This document shows positions 8,749 to 17,690 of a stretch of DNA of 64,000 nt, piece by piece. The DNA lies in assembly GCA_043800255.1 (NCBI GenBank), contig JAZDNF010000001.1, positions 128,001-192,000 of the forward strand, given 5' to 3'. The stretch is from Candidatus Altiarchaeota archaeon (GTDB taxonomy: Archaea; Altiarchaeota; Altiarchaeia; IMC4; SCGC-AAA252-I15). The translations under genes were made by a program, and so were the position numbers. Every line of letters begins with the position of its first letter. The stretch's first letter is position 1. A model generated the notes under the pieces. That model searched no databases. It was not told the origin of the DNA and saw only the letters and a list, made by a program, of their open reading frames with translations.

Positions 8749-9996
8749 ATGCAATCGTTCGACTACCACAACAGCGGTAACGAATACTACCGAAAGGGCG
8801 AGTATAAGAAGGCTGTCGAATCCTACAACACAGCCCTGAAGGAGTCTGGGGTACTCGAGACCTACTTTAACAGAGGCCTAGCCTACACGAGGTTAGAAGA
8901 ATACGATAAAGCTGTCGAGGATATGGAGAGTGTATTGGGCTTAAACCCTGAAGTGGGCGAAGCCTACTACACTATCGGATTAATACAGGAGTATAAGAAA
9001 AAACCCAACAAGGCTCTGAAATACTACAAGAAGGCGTTGTCTGTAAACCAAAAATACGAGAAGGCCCGATATCAGAGTCTGATAGTCCGACTTCAAGCTA
9101 TACGTGTGGTAGTAGGCGACCGCAATCTAATAAACAAGCTGAAAAAGTTAAAGGCTAAGGCTGAAAACGAGACACTGAAAGCTCACCTGGAGGATGAAAT
9201 AAGAAGGCTCGATGATTTTATCAGCTCCTATGAGCGGCCAAGCTGCGATTTAAACTGTAACTTATGTTGTTACTTCGAGGATGAGCCATGGAATTACGCA
9301 GTCCTGATAGAACCTAAGAAGTTAGATCCAGTAAAAAAATTCCTCAAAGAAAATAACCTGAAATTCGAAGAATACGTGGGGAAGGTGAACTACAAAAATC
9401 TGACAAAAGAACAGAAGGGCTCTGGAATAGGCAAAAAAGAATATCGGATAAAAGACGGCAGCGGCTATTACCTATACTACCTCCGGAGAGACCCTAACAA
9501 AAAACTGGGAGTTAATCTGGCAGAGGATAGGCCAGTGTCTCTGAATGGTAATGACGTTGACTGGATAACAAAAGATTCAACACTTTGCAAGTTCTTTAAA
9601 GGTGGAACATGCATCCTCCACAATATCGGATCAGGCAAGAAACCTGGACTGGACGTGTGCAGGAGTTGGGTTTGTCTCACAGGATGTAGCCTAATACTCC
9701 TCAGAAAACTGGGAATAATAGATACACGGGCTGTCCGGGAACTGGATATCAGACGACTCAATAAGGTGTCAGAGGAGATTCTCACATCACTTTACAGTAA
9801 CCTCTACTCTAACGGCGACCTTCTGAACTTGAGTTCTGAGAGGGCCAGAAAGCTAGAGCATGCTCTAAAGTCGGAATCGGAAGAGGGCATCAAAGAATAC
9901 CTCCAGTTTGAGGAGGATTACAAGAGAACGTTCAATCAAGCGATTTCAAACGTAAAAGAGGCCTTGAATTCAAACTCTGATGCTATGGTCTCCTAA
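8749..9996 (+). CDS. TPR-repeat protein fused to a YkgJ/CxxxCxxCC-type Cys-cluster domain
   Basis: Three TPRs (YFNRGLAY, AYYTIG); CDLNCNLCC...CKFF...CILH...VCRSWVC. Confidence 0.7.
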   Translation: MQSFDYHNSGNEYYRKGEYKKAVESYNTALKESGVLETYFNRGLAYTRLEEYDKAVEDMESVLGLNPEVGEAYYTIGLIQEYKKKPNKALKYYKKALSVNQKYEKARYQSLIVRLQAIRVVVGDRNLINKLKKLKAKAENETLKAHLEDEIRRLDDFISSYERPSCDLNCNLCCYFEDEPWNYAVLIEPKKLDPVKKFLKENNLKFEEYVGKVNYKNLTKEQKGSGIGKKEYRIKDGSGYYLYYLRRDPNKKLGVNLAEDRPVSLNGNDVDWITKDSTLCKFFKGGTCILHNIGSGKKPGLDVCRSWVCLTGCSLILLRKLGIIDTRAVRELDIRRLNKVSEEILTSLYSNLYSNGDLLNLSSERARKLEHALKSESEEGIKEYLQFEEDYKRTFNQAISNVKEALNSNSDAMVS

Positions 9997-11149
9997 GATT
10001 CCGAAGCCGTTCTATAACCTCCTCAAGCCGCTCTCTAGGCTGGGTGAGAGCCATCCTGGCATAACCGTCGCCGTGCTCTCCGAAGCCTATGCCGGGGGTT
10101 ATGACTATGCCAGCCTCGTCTAAGACCCTTTTCGAAAACTCTATCGAACTATCATACTCTTTTGGGATTCTGAACCACAGGTAGAATGTCGCCTTTGGTT
10201 TTCTAACCTCCCAGCCCAGGTCGTTCAGGCCGTCGACCATGAGATCACGCCTTGCAGCCCAGACTTTCATGTTTTTTCTCACTTGATCTTGGGGGCCGTT
10301 CAAGGCTTCGATGCCCGCAGCCTGGACTGCGTTGAATGCGCCTGAGTCTATGTTCTGTTTCACCCTGCTGAGGCCTGCTATGACCTCATTGTTGCCAACC
10401 GCCATTCCAATGCGCCACCCGGTCATGTTATACGTCTTTGACAGCGAGTTGAACTCTATGCCAACCTCTTTCGCGCCCTTGACCTCGAGGAAGCTCGGCG
10501 CAACATAGCCATTGAACGTCATCTCAGAGTAGGGGTTGTCGTGACATACTATGATGTTGTTGTCACGGGCGAAGTCTATGACCTCCTTGAAGAAGTCCTT
10601 TTCTGCTGTGGCTGCCGTAGGCGCGTTAGGGTAGTTTATGAACATCAGTCTGGCGGCTTTCGCGATTTTCTTGTCAATCTCCTCCAATTCTGGTTTGAAA
10701 TCGTTCTCCTCCGTTAATGGCATCGACACAGGCTTGCCGTCGGCAAGTATGGTCCCTATCCTGTAAACAGGGTATCCTGGGTCGGATACTAATGCAACGT
10801 CGTCCCTGTTCAGGAATGCTAGTGGAATGTGGCCTATCCCCTCCTTCGAGCCTATAAGCGTCAGGACTTCCGTCTTGGGGTCTAACCTTACGTTAAACCT
10901 TCTCTTATACCAGTCTGCCACAGCCTGCCTGAACGCTATCATGCCCTCGTAGGATGGGTACCTGTGGTTTTGAGGGTCCTTAGCAGCCTTGTAGAGTTCT
11001 TCGATTATGTTCTTCGGAGTCGGCAGGTCAGGGTCGCCTATGCCCAAGCTTATGATGTCAACGCCCTTCGATTTCTTCTCAGATATTGCTTTGTCGATCT
11101 CAGCGAACAGGTAAGGCGGTATCCTGTCAATCCTCTTTGAGTAGTCCAT
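9983..11149 (-). CDS. dapL: LL-diaminopimelate aminotransferase
   Basis: PPYLFAEID, LGIGDPD, LIGSKEGI, NSLSKTYNMTGWR. Confidence 0.88.
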   Translation of the reverse strand: MDYSKRIDRIPPYLFAEIDKAISEKKSKGVDIISLGIGDPDLPTPKNIIEELYKAAKDPQNHRYPSYEGMIAFRQAVADWYKRRFNVRLDPKTEVLTLIGSKEGIGHIPLAFLNRDDVALVSDPGYPVYRIGTILADGKPVSMPLTEENDFKPELEEIDKKIAKAARLMFINYPNAPTAATAEKDFFKEVIDFARDNNIIVCHDNPYSEMTFNGYVAPSFLEVKGAKEVGIEFNSLSKTYNMTGWRIGMAVGNNEVIAGLSRVKQNIDSGAFNAVQAAGIEALNGPQDQVRKNMKVWAARRDLMVDGLNDLGWEVRKPKATFYLWFRIPKEYDSSIEFSKRVLDEAGIVITPGIGFGEHGDGYARMALTQPRERLEEVIERLRNLRRP

Positions 11150-11191
11150 CTTCACATTTTAATATACTGTGAGTAATAGTTTAAATGAAAG

Positions 11192-11668
11192 ATGAGGAAT
11201 GCCCTAGTCTTCTTGGTGGTTGTGGTTCTTCTGTCAGGTTGTGTCGGCAAAAAAGAGACGCCGAAACCGAAAGAATACATAACCCCCTGCAATGTGATAG
11301 GCGAGGACATCCTGCTCCAGGCTGAGGGAACTTCACTTTCGTCAGATATCATAAAAAAACCACTGGCTGAGGCGTTCGTCGACGACATTGTCAGCGGACA
11401 AGCTTCAGATGTCTGGAACTCCTACGCTCTTGAATGCTGGTGGGGTAAGAACGTCGGCGAGCAGAAGGACCTTTACTACTGTGGCGGGAGCTACAGGTCT
11501 CCTGAGGTTGACTCTGAGAATGTGATAACCCGCTACGTTCTGAAGGAGTTCAAGGTCGGGTTCAGCGTGGAGGAACATTCAACCACTTCAAAAACGTCTG
11601 ACGGTAAGAGCAAATACAATTATTTCCTCACCGTGAGGAGTGTGAGCTCAATGTGTTCGGTGGCTTAG
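11192..11668 (+). CDS. Hypothetical lipoprotein
   Basis: Lipobox LSGC after hydrophobic core; four further Cys. Confidence 0.65.
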   Translation: MRNALVFLVVVVLLSGCVGKKETPKPKEYITPCNVIGEDILLQAEGTSLSSDIIKKPLAEAFVDDIVSGQASDVWNSYALECWWGKNVGEQKDLYYCGGSYRSPEVDSENVITRYVLKEFKVGFSVEEHSTTSKTSDGKSKYNYFLTVRSVSSMCSVA

Positions 11669-12294
11669 AAGTAGTCCAAAAGGTTCCTCAAGTCCTTCTT
11701 GCGTATAACGACGTCAGCATGTTCTAATATCCTGTCGTCCTGCGGGTTGAATGCTACACTGTAACCTGCCAGCTCGAACATCGGAATGTCATTTAGGTAG
11801 TCGCCGACTGCTGCGCACTCCTCAACGGCTATGCCCTCAGCAGCCGCTATCCTCTCAAGCTCTCTGCCCTTGCCTTCGAATTCGACCTCCTTTCCGACTC
11901 CGACAACTTTTCCAGATTCAACCTCGAGGGTGTTGCCGATTGCATGGTCAAGGTCAAAAGTCCTGGCAATTCTGTCGGCCATGAGTTTCAGGCCGCCTGA
12001 TATTATCGCAATCTTGTATCTGGGTTTGAGATAGTTCAGGGTCTCGTGTATGCCGGTCATGAGCGGCACCTCTGAGAGTATCCTCTCAATTTCAGCGATG
12101 TTTGTCCCCCTCCAGAGGCTGACATCAAGGTCAGCCCACTGCCCGAAAGAGATTTCTCCTCTGAAAAAACTATTTGCGTTCTCTCTTGCTTTCTCGTAGG
12201 TTCCAAGACCCTTATGGACTGCGCTCCAGCTGCCCCAACCGTCTACGAGAACACCATCCAAATCGAATGCGATCAGCCGTATCAATTGAATCAA
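11665..12294 (-). CDS. HAD-IB phosphoserine phosphatase (SerB-like)
   Basis: FDLDGVL, IISGG, K, VGDYLND motifs. Confidence 0.85.
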   Translation of the reverse strand: MIQLIRLIAFDLDGVLVDGWGSWSAVHKGLGTYEKARENANSFFRGEISFGQWADLDVSLWRGTNIAEIERILSEVPLMTGIHETLNYLKPRYKIAIISGGLKLMADRIARTFDLDHAIGNTLEVESGKVVGVGKEVEFEGKGRELERIAAAEGIAVEECAAVGDYLNDIPMFELAGYSVAFNPQDDRILEHADVVIRKKDLRNLLDYF

Positions 12295-13016
12295 CCGTAC
12301 ATCGGTGAGAAACCTTCCATCCTCTTATAGCCTTCCTTGCCTCTTCTAAGCTGCTTGGCTATCTCGTTGAGTTTTTCCTCTATGAGCTTCCCGGTCTCGG
12401 TGAGGTTCTTGGTTTTGACGCTCAGATTCAGCAGCTTGTTCAGTATCTCGACGACAGAGGCCGCGGCCAGAGGGTCGGGCACGTAGTCCGTTTCAGTCAT
12501 AAGGCTGACGGTGTTTATGCCCTTGTCGATGCAGTTCAACAGAAGGTCGCTTGATATGCCCGTGATCATGCCCTCCTCTATTATCCTCACCTTAAGTTCT
12601 TTCAGCTTCTTCTCCAGGCTCTTGTCTGTGGTGATGCCCAGTATCTCATGCTCTTTCTCAATCTCAACTCCCGAGATGCCTGCCAGGAGTATGACCTGTT
12701 TCGGCTTGATATCGGTAAACCATTTCGCAATAACCTTCGAGAACTCAGGTATGTTTTCCAGCGGAACGATAAGCTCTGAGAACACTATAACGATTTTACC
12801 TTTAGCGTAGATTCTCATCGGCCTCAGAGGTTTCGAATCGTGCACCATGGTAACGCTCGGCAGTTCGTCGGATTCTATGCACCCTATCTGCTCCATCCCA
12901 AGCTCGTTTATCATCTGGTTCGCGGCGATTGTGCTGACAAAACCCTTGCTGGGAAAAGCCTCTATAACAATCGGGTTCTGCGGTACTTTTTTTGTCATGT
13001 TTATCCTAGTGCTCAT
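12291..13016 (-). CDS. Proteasome assembly chaperone PAC2 family protein
   Basis: EAFPSKGFVSTIAA, PDPLAAA, C-terminal MYG; ATG at 13016 with GGAGG RBS overlaps the upstream stop. Confidence 0.85.
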   Translation of the reverse strand: MSTRINMTKKVPQNPIVIEAFPSKGFVSTIAANQMINELGMEQIGCIESDELPSVTMVHDSKPLRPMRIYAKGKIVIVFSELIVPLENIPEFSKVIAKWFTDIKPKQVILLAGISGVEIEKEHEILGITTDKSLEKKLKELKVRIIEEGMITGISSDLLLNCIDKGINTVSLMTETDYVPDPLAAASVVEILNKLLNLSVKTKNLTETGKLIEEKLNEIAKQLRRGKEGYKRMEGFSPMYG

Positions 13017-13510
13017 AGTACATGTCCTCCATTTTTTATAGGTATCGGCCAGTCGCAGTGCGGGCACCTTAGGCTGCACTCTTTCATCATCGGGCATATC
13101 GTCTTCGAGGAGACTGCCATCGGATGCCCCTTGCTCTCAAGCTTGAACTTCTTGTACCACCCAAATGGGACTTTTTTCACGTTTAATCCCGCGTCCCTGA
13201 GCCTCTGGACGACCTTGTTCAGTATCATCAGGGCGACTTCCGGGGATGATATGCTCTGCGACAGATGCGCGAAAGGGAATATCATAACGTTTTTCGCCTT
13301 TATGGCCTCCAGAGTCTTCAGGATTTCGCTCGCCATCGTCTTCACGGTCTCATCCGGCTGCCGCTCGTCGAAATTCTCAACGCAGGAGAAGGCGACAAGG
13401 CAGTCTCTCATGCTGTCCTCCTTTTCGCTTTCTGGTATGTCCTCAGAAACCGCTGTCCTCTTGCCAACCTCGTAGGAGATTTCGTCAGCGTGGATGAAGA
13501 GAAGTCTCAT
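13013..13510 (-). CDS. Stand-alone archaeal threonyl-tRNA synthetase editing domain protein
   Basis: MRLLFIHAD, FPFAHLS, PFGWYKKF..ESKGHP; Cys-rich C-terminal tail. Confidence 0.85.
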   Translation of the reverse strand: MRLLFIHADEISYEVGKRTAVSEDIPESEKEDSMRDCLVAFSCVENFDERQPDETVKTMASEILKTLEAIKAKNVMIFPFAHLSQSISSPEVALMILNKVVQRLRDAGLNVKKVPFGWYKKFKLESKGHPMAVSSKTICPMMKECSLRCPHCDWPIPIKNGGHVL

Positions 13511-13531
13511 CAGGTAGATATTTACCGGTAT

Positions 13532-13738
13532 ACTATAAATCGAGATTTCCACCAGTCTGTGACTGGTGGATGGAAATCATCCCCTAGGGGACATGTCCCC
13601 TGGGCACAAGTTGCTTCGCAACTTGCTGTGTCAAGAACCTATCCGGTGTAATCCATGCCGCCGGTCTCTGACGCGGCCGAGCCTTGCTCGGGCGCGTGTC
13701 GGAGGCATCTGCCTCCGCCACACCGGCGGTTCTTGACA
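13532..13738. repeat. Hairpin-rich dispersed non-coding element, copy B
   Basis: 38 bp identical to 784-821; TGTCAAGAACC (13629-13639)/GGTTCTTGACA (13728-13738) stem enclosing GCCGGT/ACCGGC; extra hairpins. Confidence 0.85.
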
Positions 13739-14265
13739 TTAGTCTTCAGAAGGGACTCGAATTCGCCGAACCAGTCAATTTCCTTGACGACTTTCCCCCC
13801 GGCATCCAACCATGACATTATCCTGGCAATGTCAGCGCCGCCGCTTGCGTCCAACTCCAGGACGTTGTCACACCACAGGCTGTCATAAAGGCACACTCCC
13901 ATAACCTCTGCTTCGAGGTTTTCGAATATCTTCTCATGGGCGTATTTCCGCTCCTCAAGCCTTCTCTTCAGGATACTTGGGTTGACCCTCAGCACGATTA
14001 TGTGCGTGAGCGGAAGGAACGGACTGAGGAGTCCGTCAACGATCAAATCATCAGTTGATGTCAGCACCTCCTCTTCGAAAACCTTCCTAAGGAGATCGAC
14101 ATCGACAACCCTGGCCTCCCTTCTGGTGTCAAATCTAACCGGGAGCTTTTTGTTTATCATCTCCTTCAGGTCTACTGTCCTGTAACCCAGTCTTCTCCCA
14201 AGTTCTAGTGACAGCGTTGTCTTCCCAGTCCCAGGGGTCCCGGTTATTCCCACGATTTTTCTCAT
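13639..14265 (-). CDS. Adenylate kinase, AK6/Fap7 family
   Basis: ITGTPGTGKTT, LRVNP..L..RL..R.Y...KI.ENLEAE; last ~33 aa lie within the repeat element. Confidence 0.88.
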   Translation of the reverse strand: MRKIVGITGTPGTGKTTLSLELGRRLGYRTVDLKEMINKKLPVRFDTRREARVVDVDLLRKVFEEEVLTSTDDLIVDGLLSPFLPLTHIIVLRVNPSILKRRLEERKYAHEKIFENLEAEVMGVCLYDSLWCDNVLELDASGGADIARIMSWLDAGGKVVKEIDWFGEFESLLKTNVKNRRCGGGRCLRHAPEQGSAASETGGMDYTG

Positions 14266-14295
14266 CGTTTAAATTATTCTGTCATAATATCATTT

Positions 14296-15879
14296 ATGCG
14301 TAAGTTTTTAATCCTGATACTGGCGCTTTCAGTCTTTTTCAGGTTCTATGACCTACACTCTGTTCCATCATGGGACTGGGACGAGGGAGTGAACTTGAAC
14401 GTAATCCGCAATCTGTTGGACGGACGATTTCAGCTCTTCTCTGTAAAATACACTTTCTTCCCTCATCCTCCGCTTTTTTTCATTGTCGGGGGGATGATGA
14501 TTAAGCTCTTCGGCTATGAACTTTATTCTCTGCGGCTGATGACCGCATTTTATGGTGTGCTTACTGCGTTGTTGGTTTATGCGATCTCGACCAAGATGTT
14601 CGGCAGAAGAGTTGGCATAACGGCTGGTCTGCTCTACGCATTATACCCCTCCGCAATATATTTCAGCAGAATAGGTTTCGCTAACAATCAGGTCGTGCTG
14701 CTGTCGGCCTTCTCGGTCTATGCAATCTATTCCTATCTTAGAAATGAAGGCGAAAGATGGCTCTATGTCGCATCCATTGCGAACGGCACAGCTATTATAA
14801 CAGAATATACGGCTGTGGCCGGTCTTGTAGCGTCTTCATACCTGTTGCTGAAATACAAAAAGGAGACCCTACCTAAGTTTCTTTTGGTATCCCTACTACT
14901 GCCTCTAACGGTTTTGTCTGCGCTGTTCCTGATGTCATCAGATTCTCTGGTCTATGACATACTCGTGCAGGTCAGGAGGGTCTCCACACCATTCTTTTTC
15001 CTTGTCGCCTCCCTAACCGTGGTTGCCATGTTAACCATCTACAAGTTCGGAAATTTCATCAGGGAATTCTTCAGGGTTTTCACCTCAAATCTGAACGAGG
15101 TTACCGTGCCCGCATTCGTCATGATATCCATCTTCTCGCTGAAGCTGCATTCCGGGGGCCTGCAATTAAATGACGATATGTTCTACGGCGGGGTAACATA
15201 TCTGAATCTCATGGGACTTCTAAGCGTTTTCCTGATACTCCCCACCCTAAAAAAATCCATCGAACGGAGCGCACTCTCAGCTTACACTATAGGATACCTC
15301 CTTCTGCTCCTCGCATTGAACAGAGCTGACCACATGCTCATGTTCATCTATCCTTACACAATCATGCTCCTGGGGCTGCTGATTGAGAAAACCTACGTTG
15401 TTGTGAGGGAGTTCACAAAGGAAAACAACATCAACCCGGTGATACTGGTTATAATGGCCTACCATCCCCTCTTCTTCATATTCGTGCAGGATGTGCAGAC
15501 GTTTGTCATAGGAAATGCCATTGGTTCGACCCATGAGAGCGATTTCCTGGGACTTGTCGACTACCTAAACAATAGAACAGAGCCTAATGATGTCATCCTC
15601 ACTTACAGTTTTCTTGAGCCCTACCTCAAAGGAAAGACGTGTACGGTGATAGAATCCATTGCGTATGAGGGTCAGTCGATAAAATACTATCCGGGGGACA
15701 TCGACAGGGACCGGTTCGTATTCAATTGTTCCTACAAGTATGCGAGGTATATCACCATGACAAACGGCACGAGGGATAACATGTTGGATGGTAAGGAGTA
15801 CGAAAACCTGTCAGACTATCTGGAAACCCTCGAATACGATGTAGTGGGCAATTTTTTCGTATATAAAAGGGATATTTAA
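14296..15879 (+). CDS. GT-C fold glycosyltransferase (GT39/ArnT-PMT-like)
   Basis: WDEG loop motif, HPPLFF, many TM helices, C-terminal soluble domain. Confidence 0.85.
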   Translation: MRKFLILILALSVFFRFYDLHSVPSWDWDEGVNLNVIRNLLDGRFQLFSVKYTFFPHPPLFFIVGGMMIKLFGYELYSLRLMTAFYGVLTALLVYAISTKMFGRRVGITAGLLYALYPSAIYFSRIGFANNQVVLLSAFSVYAIYSYLRNEGERWLYVASIANGTAIITEYTAVAGLVASSYLLLKYKKETLPKFLLVSLLLPLTVLSALFLMSSDSLVYDILVQVRRVSTPFFFLVASLTVVAMLTIYKFGNFIREFFRVFTSNLNEVTVPAFVMISIFSLKLHSGGLQLNDDMFYGGVTYLNLMGLLSVFLILPTLKKSIERSALSAYTIGYLLLLLALNRADHMLMFIYPYTIMLLGLLIEKTYVVVREFTKENNINPVILVIMAYHPLFFIFVQDVQTFVIGNAIGSTHESDFLGLVDYLNNRTEPNDVILTYSFLEPYLKGKTCTVIESIAYEGQSIKYYPGDIDRDRFVFNCSYKYARYITMTNGTRDNMLDGKEYENLSDYLETLEYDVVGNFFVYKRDI

Positions 15880-15901
15880 ATGCGTGATTTCATATTCTAA
15901 C

Positions 15902-16240
15902 ATGTCCAAGGCGAATCCAAGCAAGGTTCAATTGGCGTTTACCTCCATACTCCTTCTCATAGCCTTATCCAGCATAGTATCCGCTCAATCATGGGTTACG
16001 GCTGTTTCGAGCATAGTCTGCGGGCTTCTGGTTGACGCCCTCAAGAACATCGTAGGAGCCTTGGCTGCCGTGGTCTTCGTATATTCCGGCGTAGAATACG
16101 TCATCTCCCAGGACGATCCAGGAAAGAGGAAGAATGCCAGGGACATGATGATATACGCATTGGTCGGTATCATCCTGGTTGGAATTGCTGCTACGATAAT
16201 CGGCGCTGTCCCGGGTTTCACAGGCTTGGGGTGCACATAA
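15902..16240 (+). CDS. TrbC/VirB2-like pilin 1
   Basis: Signal peptide (VSA-Q), IVC, hydrophobic helix, GVEYVISQDDPGKRKNARD, helix, C-terminal Cys. Confidence 0.75.
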   Translation: MSKANPSKVQLAFTSILLLIALSSIVSAQSWVTAVSSIVCGLLVDALKNIVGALAAVVFVYSGVEYVISQDDPGKRKNARDMMIYALVGIILVGIAATIIGAVPGFTGLGCT

Positions 16241-16242
16241 AA

Positions 16243-16644
16243 ATGAGAAGGGCAAAATTGATGTCAGATATTTTCGAGAACATGAGATTATTCGAGAACG
16301 TAAACAAGATACTTGTCGTGTTGTTTGTTTTATCAACTCTGACCCAGGGTCAGATGTCCTCCTCCAGCATATCCTCACCAGTCAATGAGATACTCTGCAT
16401 GATTTACAACGGCATATACCAGATTGCGGCTTCCCTTGCTGTGCTGGTTTTCGTGTTCGCTGGGGTCAAGTATGTTTCATCCATGGACGACCCTGGCAAG
16501 AGGAAATCAGCCAAGGATACCATGATAGCTGCCATAATCGGGTTAATAATCGTTTCAATCGGCAAGGCTCTCGTCAATCAGGTTCTCGAGAGCGTGTTGG
16601 GCTCAGGCTACAGCGTATCGTCTGCGTGTCTTGACTTCACTTAA
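16243..16644 (+). CDS. TrbC/VirB2-like pilin 2 (start may be 16261 or 16282)
   Basis: ILC...GVKYVSSMDDPGKRKSAKD...AIIG...SAC. Confidence 0.75.
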   Translation: MRRAKLMSDIFENMRLFENVNKILVVLFVLSTLTQGQMSSSSISSPVNEILCMIYNGIYQIAASLAVLVFVFAGVKYVSSMDDPGKRKSAKDTMIAAIIGLIIVSIGKALVNQVLESVLGSGYSVSSACLDFT

Positions 16645-16648
16645 GATT

Positions 16649-16990
16649 ATGAAGCCTTCAACTCAATTGAATAGAACTTGTGTTATATGCGCGCTTGCAT
16701 TTCTTGCGGTTCTAATATGCTCAGCAGACGCTCAGACCATAACGCCCCAATCCATATTCGTCCCAGTCTCGTCCATCGTATGCACCTTCAGGAGGGCGAT
16801 AGTTGAAATAGTGGGCGCCCTGGCATCGGTCATATTCGTGATATCCGGAATACGGTGGATATGGTCCCAGGACGACCCAGGCAAGAGGAAATCCGCAAAG
16901 GATGCGATGGTTCATGCCATAGTCGGCCTGATAATAATCGGGGTTGCGGATGAGATTGTTCAAAGCTTCAATTTCGTCGGGTGCACTTAA
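16649..16990 (+). CDS. TrbC/VirB2-like pilin 3
   Basis: ADA-Q signal; IVC...GIRWIWSQDDPGKRKSAKD...AIVG...GC. Confidence 0.75.
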   Translation: MKPSTQLNRTCVICALAFLAVLICSADAQTITPQSIFVPVSSIVCTFRRAIVEIVGALASVIFVISGIRWIWSQDDPGKRKSAKDAMVHAIVGLIIIGVADEIVQSFNFVGCT

Positions 16991-16992
16991 AG

Positions 16993-17337
16993 ATGAAATC
17001 AACAACGTATCTGGTGCTGTTGGCGGTATTGGCGGCCGGCATTACGGTCGCGCAGACAATGTCGTCTGATGTCATCTCCGACCCGGTGCTTGCGATAGTG
17101 TGCGGCATATACAACGCATTCAGAACGATAGGCGTCACCATCGGAGGCCTCGTATTCTTATATGCTGGCGTAAAGTATGTAACTGAGAGCGACGATCCCG
17201 CGGCAAGGAAGCAGGCCAGGGACATCATGAAGATCATGGTAATCGGGATTGGCATAATCCTGCTCGCAGACGTGACAATATACACCGTAGGCGGCACTGC
17301 CCTCTCAAACTCGTGCGTACCCTACATTCCAACATAA
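16993..17337 (+). CDS. TrbC/VirB2-like pilin 4
   Basis: TVA-Q signal; IVC...GVKYVTESDDPAARKQARD...SC. Confidence 0.75.
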   Translation: MKSTTYLVLLAVLAAGITVAQTMSSDVISDPVLAIVCGIYNAFRTIGVTIGGLVFLYAGVKYVTESDDPAARKQARDIMKIMVIGIGIILLADVTIYTVGGTALSNSCVPYIPT

Positions 17338-17338
17338 A

Positions 17339-17689
17339 ATGAAAACTAAGGCCCTTATCCTGGCAGGCTTCATTTTGCTGGCTGCGCAAACAGTCTCATC
17401 TCAGACCGTCGGGACATCGCTCACGAATGAGATATGGAGCTATGTAAAACCGGTAGTATGCGGACTATTCGTCGGTTTCACCCTGATAGGAGGGTCTATT
17501 GCAAGCGTTATGATAATCTACGCCGGCATAAAATATCTGACATCAGCCGATGACCCAGCGGCTCGGAAGAATGCGAAGGATATGATAACCCATGCGATGA
17601 TAGGAATCGTAATCATCCTTATCGCCAATTTTATCGTGGCCACGGTAACCCAGGGCGAGTTTTTCGGGTGCCAGTACTGGACATTCTAA
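17339..17689 (+). CDS. TrbC/VirB2-like pilin 5
   Basis: VVC...GIKYLTSADDPAARKNAKD...AMIG...GC. Confidence 0.75.
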   Translation: MKTKALILAGFILLAAQTVSSQTVGTSLTNEIWSYVKPVVCGLFVGFTLIGGSIASVMIIYAGIKYLTSADDPAARKNAKDMITHAMIGIVIILIANFIVATVTQGEFFGCQYWTF

Positions 17690-17690
17690 A

